This document shows, piece after piece, positions 16,443 to 25,056 of a stretch of DNA of 55,778 bases. Source of the DNA: Flavobacteriales bacterium (lineage in GTDB: Bacteria; Bacteroidota; Bacteroidia; Flavobacteriales_D; Sanyastnellaceae). The notes under the pieces are model-generated. The model did not search any database and was not told the DNA's origin. It saw only the letters and a program-made list of their open reading frames with translations. A program made the translations under genes and the position numbers. Position 1 is the first letter of the stretch, and each line of letters starts with the position of its first letter. The stretch covers positions 1-55,778 of the forward strand of contig JAURDB010000001.1 of assembly GCA_030828175.1 (NCBI GenBank). Direction: 5' to 3'.

Positions 16443-19379
16443 ATGCCTCGAACTCTATTCTCATCGCTGCTCTGTCTCTTGATGGCACCGATCATGGCCC
16501 AATCGGAATCCACGCAGCCCGTGACAAACGTGACGACCGGCGCAACTTTTGAAACCATTGCAGAGGCCTTGAACGTGGCGTCATCTGGTGACGTTTTGAA
16601 TTTGGCTGGTTACAGGTTTACAGAACACATTGCAATCGATGTACCTCTCACCTTAACGGGAGCAGAAGGTGGGACCACGGTCATTGACGTGTCGCAGCAG
16701 GATGGCTGGGGAATTACCCTTTCAAGCGACAACATCACCTTGAAAAACCTGTCCATCCTCGCCGGTGATGTGAATACGGCATATGCCATCCACAGTGAAC
16801 CCGGAATCACGGGGCTCACATTGGAAGACATAGCGGTTTACGATTCCCACAGAACATGCATTGACCTGAATGGATTGACGGGGCCGAGCGTAAATACCCT
16901 GAGAAACCTGACTGTTTCAGGCAGTTCCATTGGATTTGGCCTCGCCATGAGTTCCTGTTCCAACATGTTCATCGAGAACATCACGAGTTCAGACAATGGT
17001 TACGGTGACATTGCCATTATGGAATCCAATTACTATGACCAAGAAATATCCGACGTGGTATTCACTGGATTCCTTGATTTGGAGGGGCCTCAGAATTTGG
17101 GGGGAGGTGGCATTATTGTTCAGGTGAGTCCTGAAGAAGTGCCGGTTGGCGCCGGAGCAGGTTTTCCCATCAGCGTCAATTCAACGGGTTTTGATTACCT
17201 CTTGGAAGCACCCGGAGATTTGACCGGATGCATTTTGGTGCACAGTGAGGACGTCAGGGCCATTGCCCAGACACTCGGTGCAAATGTGACCCCCTTGGTA
17301 TCCTATGACTTGGTTACGCAAAACCTCGTCGTTTTCCCCGGGATGTCCATTCAAAGTGCCCTGGATGCAGCCTCCGATGGGGACGTCATCGAGGTGGACC
17401 CCGGATCCTTTGATTCTACTCCGTTGCAGATTGCGGGCAATGTCACCTTGAAAGGAGCCAACGCTGGTATTTCAGGGACTTCCACAGCCCGATCATCGGA
17501 AACGCTGGTGCAAGGCATTGTCGTAACGGATGGAACACCGCTCATCGACGGCATCCACATTTCCGGTGGAGCTGGAACCGCTGGACTCGTCGTTATGGAA
17601 GCAGCCGCCGGAGTGGAATTGCGCAACAGCATCATTTCTGGAAATGGGACGGAAACCGGTGTGATCTGCAGGAATTCATCCTTGCTGCACGATGTCGTAG
17701 TCGAAAGCTTTGACAAAGGCATCCAACATCTCTCTGGGGCATTGGTCATGGAATCCAGTGTCATCAAGGGAAATGGCACGGGGGTATCCATCGAGCACAC
17801 GTCTTCTTTTGCCGAAACCACCACGCTGCAAAACTGCCAACTGTTGAACACCGGTGGAACCGGCATCCTCGTTCAGTCGGGCGGGTCAAATGACCTGTTG
17901 ACGATTGAAAATTCCACGATTGAATTGCACGCCACAGGCTTGAACGTGACCGGCGACATCTCCCTGGCCATAAGCGGCAATGTCTTTGTGAATTCAGAGG
18001 ACCACACGATGGGCCTTGACAGGGAAGCCAGAATCGCACTTTGCGGCAGCAATGGATTCGAACCCGCTTTGCGCATCAACGGATGCACAGACAACAACGC
18101 AGACAATTTTGAGCCATGTGCCACTGTGGACCAAGGATGTGAATTTCATGGATGCACGGCACCCAAGGCTTGCAATTATGATGCCTCGGCGACGACCGAC
18201 GACGGAAGCTGTGACTTCATCACCTGTTCGGCTTGTCCACTGGGATTTGCCTGCAATTATGATCCCGATGCCGACCTCTACCGAGTAGAAGCATGTGAAT
18301 TTCTGGACTGCGGGGAAGGCATGGCAGGCAGTGGGGAAGACAGGGGCAATCTCGCTGTGGTAGAGGGGTGTACCATTCCACAAGCCTGCAACTTCAACCC
18401 GAACGCCGATTCTGACGATGGGAGCTGCAATTTTGGATGCTATGGCTGCCAAGATGAAGCCGCGTGCAATTTCGATGCAGTGTTTACCCAAGCTTCCAAT
18501 GAAACGTGCCTGTACCAGCAGGACCTGCACAATTCACCCTACGTGGGCTGTGACGGGGCATGTGTGAACGACACCAATGAAAATGGAGTGTGCGATGAAG
18601 AAGAAGTCACAGGCTGTACGGATGAGGGGGCTTGCAATTTCAGCGCTTCCGCCACTTTGGATGTCGGAGATTGTGAGTATGCATCCTGTGCGGGTTGCAC
18701 CAATCCGGGCGCTTGCAACCACGATCCCTCGGCCACCCTTACGGATGCTTCTTGTGACTACACTTCTTGCGCTGGATGCACGGATTCAGGGGCGTGCAAC
18801 TACAACGCGATGGCCAGCATCGATGATGGCACTTGTTCCTATCCCATCGACTTGTACAACAAGCCATGGGTGGACTGTACGGCGACTTGCCTGAATGATG
18901 CCGATGGCGATGGCGTTTGTGATGAGGAGGAGACCAGCGGTTGCATGGAGAGTGGTGCGTGCAATTACGATGAGGAGGCGACCGACGACGATGGAACGTG
19001 CGAATATGAGTCTTGCTCAGGATGCACGGATGACGCCTACTGCAATTTCAATCCAGGCGCCACCATCAACGACGGAAGTTGTGCGGCTCCGGAAGACCTG
19101 TTCCCCAATGCCATTGTGGACGGAGTTTCCACGGTGGACTGTCTCGGACGCTGTCTCAATGATGAAGATGGCGATGGGATCTGTGATGAGGCAGAAATCG
19201 TCTGTCCTGGAGACCTCAATGGAGACGGTCTCCGGGGAGCTTCAGACATTCTTGTGATGTTGAGCGCCTTTGGGTGCACGGAGGGATGCGGATCACCAGA
19301 TTTGAATGGAGACGGCATCGTCGCTGCCAGTGATGTCCTGATGGCCCTTTCCACCTTCGGGGTGGCATGTCCTCAGTAA
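16443..19379 (+). CDS. Giant secreted paralogue (~978 aa): two beta-helix domains + ~11 Cys-framed modules with TSP3-like spacers + double dockerin-like tail
   Basis: The ORF is 16410..19379. The start is at 16443 (MPRTLFSSLLCLLMAPIMAQ). It is collinear with the 11744 protein across the beta-helix head (e.g. GWGITLSSDNITLKNLSIL vs GWGIWLGSSGITIENLTVL; GFGLAMSSCSN vs GFGLALSSCQN). It ends VCPGDLNGDGLRGASDILVMLSAFGCTEGCGSPDLNGDGIVAASDVLMALSTFGVACPQ. Confidence 0.9.
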   Translation: MPRTLFSSLLCLLMAPIMAQSESTQPVTNVTTGATFETIAEALNVASSGDVLNLAGYRFTEHIAIDVPLTLTGAEGGTTVIDVSQQDGWGITLSSDNITLKNLSILAGDVNTAYAIHSEPGITGLTLEDIAVYDSHRTCIDLNGLTGPSVNTLRNLTVSGSSIGFGLAMSSCSNMFIENITSSDNGYGDIAIMESNYYDQEISDVVFTGFLDLEGPQNLGGGGIIVQVSPEEVPVGAGAGFPISVNSTGFDYLLEAPGDLTGCILVHSEDVRAIAQTLGANVTPLVSYDLVTQNLVVFPGMSIQSALDAASDGDVIEVDPGSFDSTPLQIAGNVTLKGANAGISGTSTARSSETLVQGIVVTDGTPLIDGIHISGGAGTAGLVVMEAAAGVELRNSIISGNGTETGVICRNSSLLHDVVVESFDKGIQHLSGALVMESSVIKGNGTGVSIEHTSSFAETTTLQNCQLLNTGGTGILVQSGGSNDLLTIENSTIELHATGLNVTGDISLAISGNVFVNSEDHTMGLDREARIALCGSNGFEPALRINGCTDNNADNFEPCATVDQGCEFHGCTAPKACNYDASATTDDGSCDFITCSACPLGFACNYDPDADLYRVEACEFLDCGEGMAGSGEDRGNLAVVEGCTIPQACNFNPNADSDDGSCNFGCYGCQDEAACNFDAVFTQASNETCLYQQDLHNSPYVGCDGACVNDTNENGVCDEEEVTGCTDEGACNFSASATLDVGDCEYASCAGCTNPGACNHDPSATLTDASCDYTSCAGCTDSGACNYNAMASIDDGTCSYPIDLYNKPWVDCTATCLNDADGDGVCDEEETSGCMESGACNYDEEATDDDGTCEYESCSGCTDDAYCNFNPGATINDGSCAAPEDLFPNAIVDGVSTVDCLGRCLNDEDGDGICDEAEIVCPGDLNGDGLRGASDILVMLSAFGCTEGCGSPDLNGDGIVAASDVLMALSTFGVACPQ
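18081..19198 (+). repeat. Coding tandem-repeat array (~11 Cys-framed modules, 3 TSP3-like spacers)
   Basis: The units run GCTDNNADNFEPCATVDQGCEF / GCTAPKACNYDASATTDDGSCDF / ... / GCMESGACNYDEEATDDDGTCEY / SCSGCTDDAYCNFNPGATINDGSC. The spacers are GCDGACVNDTNENGVCDEEE, DCTATCLNDADGDGVCDEEE and DCLGRCLNDEDGDGICDEAE. Confidence 0.85.
19199..19376 (+). other. Cysteine-framed double dockerin-like C-terminal tail
   Basis: The sequence is VCPGDLNGDGLRGASDILVMLSAFGCTEGCGSPDLNGDGIVAASDVLMALSTFGVACPQ, with the same 4-Cys frame as 16121..16297. Confidence 0.7.
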
Positions 19380-19392
19380 TGGCATGAAATTT

Positions 19393-19428
19393 CCCTCCCG
19401 AGGCTGGCCGTCTGCGACCTCGGGAGGG
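19393..19428 (+). terminator. Strong hairpin between the 16443 and 19478 genes (possible partial terminator or processing site)
   Basis: CCCTCCCGAGG-(14 nt)-CCTCGGGAGGG forms a perfect 11-bp stem starting 14 nt after the stop codon. No T-run follows it. Confidence 0.4.
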
Positions 19429-19477
19429 CAATGCATTCATAATGGATGCATCTTCAGGCGGAACTACCAAAACCTCG

Positions 19478-22400
19478 ATGCGCCGCCCCATCCCCAATCC
19501 GTGGCGGGAGAATTGCCCTTGGCTTGCCATTCTTCTGGCAGGGTGGTGGATGTGTGGCCCAATGGCAATGCAAGCCCAGCATTGGAGCGATGGACTGCTT
19601 CCAGGCGCGGATTGGACCGCGGCATTCGATCAATTCGATAGCACCTGGCAGGACAGCATCCCTGAAAAAGGAAAAGGGTTCAAACCCTTCATGCGATGGC
19701 GAGAATTCGCAGAAAAGCGTTTTGCCTTTGAGGGGAGCGAGGAATGGTCGCCCAACGCCCCTTGGCAAGCCACACAGTGGGAAAGAGAAGGCAGGGCGGC
19801 CCGAACCCAGCCCCCGGATACGCTGTGGAGAAGCGCTGTACCCGCTGGGGTTCCCCTGGTGGGCGGAGCCGGACGCGTCAATCGGGTGGTGGTCCACCCC
19901 CTTGATACCAGCCGATGGCTCGCCTGTGCACCGAGTGGTGGACTCTGGCAATCGCAAACATCCGGCAACAGCTGGTCTCTCATGGGAACGCAGGATTGGG
20001 CGGGAATGGGGGTTTCTGACGCCGCTTTCCATCCAAACGACCCCGATTGCATACTGGCGGCCACGGGGGATTCCGACTTCGGAAGTGCATACGCCATTGG
20101 GCTGATGCAAACCTGTGATGGCGGAAACACCTGGAGTCCCACAGGACTTCAGTTCGAAATGGAGCAAACCTTGACCTGCAGCCGCGTTCATCGAAAGGCG
20201 GGGGACCCCCAACAGATCCTTGTGGCCACAGGCGATGGCATCTGGTTGAGCGAAGACGACGGCGTTACGTTCAGCAAGACCTTGGAAGGGGTTTGTTCCG
20301 ACCTGATTCCCCACCCGGGCGATTCAGCAGTATGGCATGCAGCGCGCAGGCCAGGAGAGTTGTTTCGATCGACCGATGGCGGACGCCATTGGGAGTCCAT
20401 TCCCGGAATGCCCTCGGCGTATCTCGCCAGTCGATATGTGCTTGCCACGACACCTGCCGACCCCTCTCTTGTAGCCGCCATCGCATCCAAGAGCGGAAGC
20501 CAAGGATTGCTTGGGTTGTACCTCAGCGCAGACAGCGGAGCGACTTTCTCTGCACTGCCGGATTTGCCCAACCTGTTGGGGTGGACCGCAGACGGCTCCG
20601 ATTTGGGCGGGCAAGGCTTTTACGACCTCGCCCTGGCCGTGGACCCGACCGACCCCCATCATATGGTGGCAGGGGGTGTCAACCTCTGGGAGACATGGGA
20701 CGGGGGAGTGTCCTGGAACTGCACCGGCCATTGGTTTGGGGGAGGAGAGGCGCCATACGTGCATGCAGATCACCATGCTGTGACCTTCATTCCAGGGACC
20801 TCCGACTGGGTCAGTGCACATGATGGAGGCGTCAATCGATTGGGCGCAGCACAAAATGTAGACCTGAGCGAAGGCCTCGAGGTAGGACAGGTATATCGAC
20901 TGGCTTGGTCCGAGGCACAGCCGAACCAACTCCTCTCAGGAGCGCAAGACAATGGGATCAACCTCCTCAAGGACGGAGTGCATGCACAGGTCATCGGCGC
21001 CGATGGTTTTCACTGTTTGATCGATCCGGATGCACCAGACAACCTGATTGCATCAGAGTACTATGGCAAGGCACACCGCTCTACGGATGGTGGATGGAGC
21101 TGGGCTCCGTGGATATTGAGCAACGGGGACGGGGTGAACGAGCAGGGAGATTGGAACACCCCCTTGGCCCAGTCTCCCGTGGTTCCCAATCGAATCCATG
21201 TTGCAAAACACAGGGTTTATTGGACCGACGATGCAGGCATTACTTGGGGACAAACCCAGGCTTTGCCTGGTAATGAAATCGAAGTCTTGGCATTGTCGTT
21301 CACCGAAGACAGCATCCTTGCGGTGGCCAAGGGAAGCTTCGCTTTCATCACCCATGACCTGGATCAATGGACCCCTTTGACTGGGTTGCCCGGCATGCCC
21401 GTCCAAGACCTTTTGTTCGATGCGGGTTCTAGTGATGTGCTGTGGATGGCCTTCGGCGGATATTCGGCAGATGATCGCATCTGGCAATCTTTGGATGGGG
21501 GGGATTCCTGGGATTCATTCAGCGAGGGATTGCCCGCTTTGCCTGTCAATGCGCTCACCCAGGACCCAGGATCTGGAGACCTGTACGCAGGAACAGACGC
21601 TGGAGTCTATGTGAGGCCAGCGGGAAGCAGCAGCTGGACACCCTACAAATCAGGCCTGCCTGAAGTGCTGTGCAGCGACATCGGCATTCGACAGTCCACC
21701 GGGGAATTGCTGCTGGCGACCTACGGCAGAGGTCTTTGGAAAGCACCACTGCATACCCCCCCTGCAAGGGATGCAGGGATTGTTGCCATCCATGGGACGA
21801 AAGCTGTGAGATGTTCTGGCCCGCTTTCAGTTGCGACGGAAGTGCGCAATTGCGGCAGTGACACGTTGGTGGCAGTGAGTTTGCTCTGGAATGGAACAGA
21901 CACCGTTACCTATGGAATGCTGCTTCCACCCAATGCCGAAACGAGCCTGAATTGGCCCAACAGCTCCAGGGCTGCGGTTCCGGCAGGAGATCAGCTCGTG
22001 GTCCGCATTGTCAATGTGGTCGGCGCCGATGGAAATTGGAGCCAGGGAACCATTGAGTCTGGATTTGATGACGTGCCGGAAAACGATGTCTTGGGTGCAA
22101 CCTGGGAACACAGGGAGGGAACGGGGTGGGTGACCATGTCCACACTCGCAGACTGCAACCCCAGGGAATCTGCATGGGCCATCGCGGATACCACTGGCGA
22201 AATCCAATACCGAAGACAACATTTCCCCATCGAGTTGGCCATCATGGATTCACTCTGTTTGGGCCACGGATGCTATGAAGTCGTGCTGCATGACCAATCC
22301 CAAAATGGGTTCGCCGGGCCTCAATGCGGTTCACTCGGGTCCATGGAGCTTCTGTCTGCAACAGGCGACACGATTTGGTCCTTGTTGGACCCATCCTCTG

Positions 22401-22726
22401 CAGGGGTTGCATTTTCATCAGGCCTGGGCGGATCATTTTGCTTGCCGATGGCCGGGTGGGTAGGATGCACTGAGCCTGGCGCATGCAATTTCAACCCGGC
22501 TGCCTCTGTCGATGACGGCACCTGCATCATGGAATGCCACGACGCGCAGCCATGTCCAGAGGACCTCGATGGAGATGGCCTGTACGGAGCAACAGACATA
22601 CTGGCTGTGCTCTCCGAATTCGGCTGTATGTCAGGTTGCAGCATGGACATCACCGGCGACGGAACCGTATCTGCCAATGACGTCCTTGCCTTGTTGGCAT
22701 TGTACGGCGAATCATGTGTCCCATGA
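19478..22726 (+). CDS. Secreted BNR/Asp-box beta-propeller protein (sortilin/Ycf48-like) + Ig/CARDB-like region + one Cys-framed module + double dockerin-like tail
   Basis: The ORF is 19442..22726. The likely start is 19478 (MRRPIPNPWRENCPWLAILLAGWWMCGPMAMQAQ). There are at least 8 Asp-box-like S/T-x-D-x-G-x-[TS]-[WF] motifs (CDGGNTWSP, SEDDGVTFSK, STDGGRHWES, SADSGATFSA, TWDGGVSWNC, STDGGWSWAP, TDDAGITWGQ, SLDGGDSWDS). The C-terminus is GCTEPGACNFNPAASVDDGTC...PCPEDLDGDGLYGATDILAVLSEFGCMSGCSMDITGDGTVSANDVLALLALYGESCVP. Confidence 0.85.
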   Translation: MRRPIPNPWRENCPWLAILLAGWWMCGPMAMQAQHWSDGLLPGADWTAAFDQFDSTWQDSIPEKGKGFKPFMRWREFAEKRFAFEGSEEWSPNAPWQATQWEREGRAARTQPPDTLWRSAVPAGVPLVGGAGRVNRVVVHPLDTSRWLACAPSGGLWQSQTSGNSWSLMGTQDWAGMGVSDAAFHPNDPDCILAATGDSDFGSAYAIGLMQTCDGGNTWSPTGLQFEMEQTLTCSRVHRKAGDPQQILVATGDGIWLSEDDGVTFSKTLEGVCSDLIPHPGDSAVWHAARRPGELFRSTDGGRHWESIPGMPSAYLASRYVLATTPADPSLVAAIASKSGSQGLLGLYLSADSGATFSALPDLPNLLGWTADGSDLGGQGFYDLALAVDPTDPHHMVAGGVNLWETWDGGVSWNCTGHWFGGGEAPYVHADHHAVTFIPGTSDWVSAHDGGVNRLGAAQNVDLSEGLEVGQVYRLAWSEAQPNQLLSGAQDNGINLLKDGVHAQVIGADGFHCLIDPDAPDNLIASEYYGKAHRSTDGGWSWAPWILSNGDGVNEQGDWNTPLAQSPVVPNRIHVAKHRVYWTDDAGITWGQTQALPGNEIEVLALSFTEDSILAVAKGSFAFITHDLDQWTPLTGLPGMPVQDLLFDAGSSDVLWMAFGGYSADDRIWQSLDGGDSWDSFSEGLPALPVNALTQDPGSGDLYAGTDAGVYVRPAGSSSWTPYKSGLPEVLCSDIGIRQSTGELLLATYGRGLWKAPLHTPPARDAGIVAIHGTKAVRCSGPLSVATEVRNCGSDTLVAVSLLWNGTDTVTYGMLLPPNAETSLNWPNSSRAAVPAGDQLVVRIVNVVGADGNWSQGTIESGFDDVPENDVLGATWEHREGTGWVTMSTLADCNPRESAWAIADTTGEIQYRRQHFPIELAIMDSLCLGHGCYEVVLHDQSQNGFAGPQCGSLGSMELLSATGDTIWSLLDPSSAGVAFSSGLGGSFCLPMAGWVGCTEPGACNFNPAASVDDGTCIMECHDAQPCPEDLDGDGLYGATDILAVLSEFGCMSGCSMDITGDGTVSANDVLALLALYGESCVP
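22550..22723 (+). other. Cysteine-framed double dockerin-like C-terminal tail
   Basis: The sequence is PCPEDLDGDGLYGATDILAVLSEFGCMSGCSMDITGDGTVSANDVLALLALYGESCVP. Confidence 0.7.
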
Positions 22727-22754
22727 GGATTCCGGATGCATCTTGCGTCTTCTT

Positions 22755-23651
22755 ATGGCTGCACGACCTCCCCGCCCGAAAGTGAACATCCGACGATGGA
22801 CCTCAGAAATTGAGGCCCCACTTCACGCTTTGGTTCGGTCAGAATTGGGCTTGGCCAGCATAACCGCCTCCCGGAATCTGATCAAAGGCGGTGCTGTTCG
22901 GGTAGAAGGAGAAGTGGTCAAAACCCCTTCACTTGTCATTCCGGTAGGCCAGGAGATATCGGTGCCCGAAGAGCGTGAAGCACGGAAGACCGAACACGCC
23001 GACGCCCCGAAATCCATTCGGCCTTCGGACGACCTTCCATTTGAAATTCTCTACGAAGACGAGGATGTCTTTTGCTATTTGAAACCGGCTGGATGGGTAC
23101 TCGCGTCGCCAAACCCACGGGTCGACACCAGTTTTACTCGGGTCAAGGAATATTTGATCGCCCGTGATGTCGAAGGAGGAAATCCTGAGAGATCCGTGCA
23201 TTTCGTCAACATGATCGACCGGGACAGCAGTGGCATCGCCGTGGTCGTTCGCGATATGGGATTGCGCAAGCGGCTTCAGGAGAATTGGGCTTCCCAGCGT
23301 TTTGAGTCCTATCTGCTGTTGCAGGGAGAAATTCCGGAAGATGGCGAGTTCAGTGCCCGCAGAAAACCGGATGAGAAATATTCAGCCAAGAAATTCCCCT
23401 TCAGGCGCATGCGCTCAGGTGGCAGGTATTGCATCCTGAAAGTGCAGGCGGGCTTACAGGACATTCCCGACATCCTGCCCGGTTTGCGCCATCACAATTG
23501 CATGGTGTGCGGCCTCGGACAGGATGCACCCGACCCATTGGGCAGACAAGGGGTTCACCTTTTCAGGGTCGTCATGACGGACACCGAGCTGGACGCCATG
23601 TGGGAGGTCAAGACCCGGGTTCCAAAAGAGTTTCTCCGGGTGGTGAAATGA
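22755..23651 (+). CDS. RluA-family pseudouridine synthase with N-terminal S4 RNA-binding domain
   Basis: The ORF is 22512..23651, but its first 81 codons overlap the preceding gene. The start is at 22755 (MAARPP...). It has an S4-like segment (ASRNLIKGGAVRVEGEVVKTPSLVIPVGQEISV) and a catalytic-Asp motif VNMIDRDSSGIAVV, a variant of HRLDxxTSG. Confidence 0.75.
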   Translation: MAARPPRPKVNIRRWTSEIEAPLHALVRSELGLASITASRNLIKGGAVRVEGEVVKTPSLVIPVGQEISVPEEREARKTEHADAPKSIRPSDDLPFEILYEDEDVFCYLKPAGWVLASPNPRVDTSFTRVKEYLIARDVEGGNPERSVHFVNMIDRDSSGIAVVVRDMGLRKRLQENWASQRFESYLLLQGEIPEDGEFSARRKPDEKYSAKKFPFRRMRSGGRYCILKVQAGLQDIPDILPGLRHHNCMVCGLGQDAPDPLGRQGVHLFRVVMTDTELDAMWEVKTRVPKEFLRVVK

Positions 23652-23679
23652 GAAGCGCCCCGACGTTTCGGAGCGCTTC
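23652..23679 (+). terminator. Hairpin immediately after the rluA-like stop codon
   Basis: GAAGCGC-c-CCGA-cgtt-TCGG-a-GCGCTTC forms an interrupted 11-bp stem. No clear T-run follows. Confidence 0.4.
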
Positions 23680-23874
23680 AACCTTAACCAAATCTGTACC
23701 GGATCTCTCGCCGGTACCTTGAACCAAAAAATCGCTGCTTTCAGCTGTGAAGTGTATTCCAACTTCTGTGCCAAAACGCATCGAGGAGGAGGGGGGGCGC
23801 ATGATCGAACTCCCAAAGAATGCCAATGAGCGTGATTCCGCCCATGGTATCTTTGCGCAACGCAACCATCTGAA

Positions 23875-25053
23875 ATGAGCAGAAAAGTCGTTATCGTCTC
23901 CGCCCGCCGGACCCCGATGGGGTCATTTCTGGGCAGTCTTTCTTCCGTTCCGGCCACCGCCTTGGGCAGTGCTGCCATCTCCGCAGCCCTTGAGTCGGCC
24001 GGAGTCCAAGGAGCAGACATCCAGGAAGTCTTCATGGGGAATGTCCTCCAGGCCGGATTGGGCCAAGCGCCCGCCAGGCAAGCAGCCATGGGGGCCGGGA
24101 TCCCCGACACCGTCCCATGCACCACGGTGAACAAGGTCTGTGCATCGGGCATGAAGGCCATTCACATGGCGGTCCACGCCATTGCATCCGGGGAGTCAGA
24201 CATCGTGGTGGCAGGCGGCATGGAGAACATGTCCAAGGCGCCGCATTATTTGGATGGCAGACAGGCTGTCAAGCTCGGCAACATCCAAGCTGTGGACGGC
24301 ATGGTTCACGATGGTCTGACGGACGCTTACAACCAGCAACACATGGGCGTTTGCGCCGAACTGTGTGCAAAGGACCACGGTTTCACCAGAGAGGACCAGG
24401 ATGCGTTTGCCATTGAGAGCTACCGCCGATCCGCAGAGGCGTGGGCAGGGGGCGCCTTCTCATCCGAGATCGCGGCCGTGGCCGTGCCCCAGCGAAAGGG
24501 CGATCCCGTCATGGTGACGGAAGACGAGGAATACCGCAATGTCAAAATCGAAAAGATCCCGCAGCTGCGGCCGGTTTTTGATCGTGAAGGGTCGGTTACG
24601 GCAGCCAATGCCAGCACGCTCAACGACGGCGCCTCGGCTTTGGTCCTGATGGCCGAAGAAACCGCCCAGGCCCGAGGCATACAGCCCCTGGCGCGCATCC
24701 TGTCCAATGCCGATGCTGCGCACGACCCGGATCGTTTCACAACGGCACCCGCCAAAGCCTTGCCCATCGCGTTGGACCGTGCGGGAAAGACCATGGAAGA
24801 AATGGACCTGGTCGAGCTGAATGAGGCTTTTGCGGTCGTGGGGTTGGCCAACATCAAGTTGATGGGCCTCGATGCCGACAAAGTCAATGTGCACGGCGGA
24901 GCCGTTTCGCTCGGTCACCCCTTGGGGAATTCCGGAAGCCGCATCGTCGTCACGCTCGTCCATGCATTGGCCCGCCATGACAAACGTTATGGAGCGGCTG
25001 GCATCTGCAATGGCGGCGGAGGTGCGAGCGCCATGGTGATTGAGCGCATCTGA
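23875..25053 (+). CDS. Acetyl-CoA C-acetyltransferase (thiolase II)
   Basis: 392 aa. It has thiolase hallmarks: VNKVCASGMKA (active-site Cys), NVHGGAVSLGHPLGNSG, and GICNGGGGASAMVIE. Confidence 0.92.
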   Translation: MSRKVVIVSARRTPMGSFLGSLSSVPATALGSAAISAALESAGVQGADIQEVFMGNVLQAGLGQAPARQAAMGAGIPDTVPCTTVNKVCASGMKAIHMAVHAIASGESDIVVAGGMENMSKAPHYLDGRQAVKLGNIQAVDGMVHDGLTDAYNQQHMGVCAELCAKDHGFTREDQDAFAIESYRRSAEAWAGGAFSSEIAAVAVPQRKGDPVMVTEDEEYRNVKIEKIPQLRPVFDREGSVTAANASTLNDGASALVLMAEETAQARGIQPLARILSNADAAHDPDRFTTAPAKALPIALDRAGKTMEEMDLVELNEAFAVVGLANIKLMGLDADKVNVHGGAVSLGHPLGNSGSRIVVTLVHALARHDKRYGAAGICNGGGGASAMVIERI

Positions 25054-25056
25054 TCC

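Noticed and set aside
19446-20314. A 219-aa plus-strand ORF and a 286-aa minus-strand ORF overlapping the start of the BNR protein gene
   Set aside because: They are alternative frames of a gene whose main frame carries a signal peptide and regular Asp-box motifs. The alternatives are Pro/Arg/Gly-rich.
22512-22754. A 5' extension of the rluA-like ORF (81 codons)
   Set aside because: It overlaps the C-terminal dockerin-like tail of the 19478 gene in another frame. The S4 domain begins after Met 22755.
23454-24161. A 235-aa minus-strand ORF spanning the spacer and the thiolase 5' end
   Set aside because: It overlaps the well-supported thiolase gene in antisense, has no motifs, and would leave the rluA-like terminator hairpin inside a coding region.
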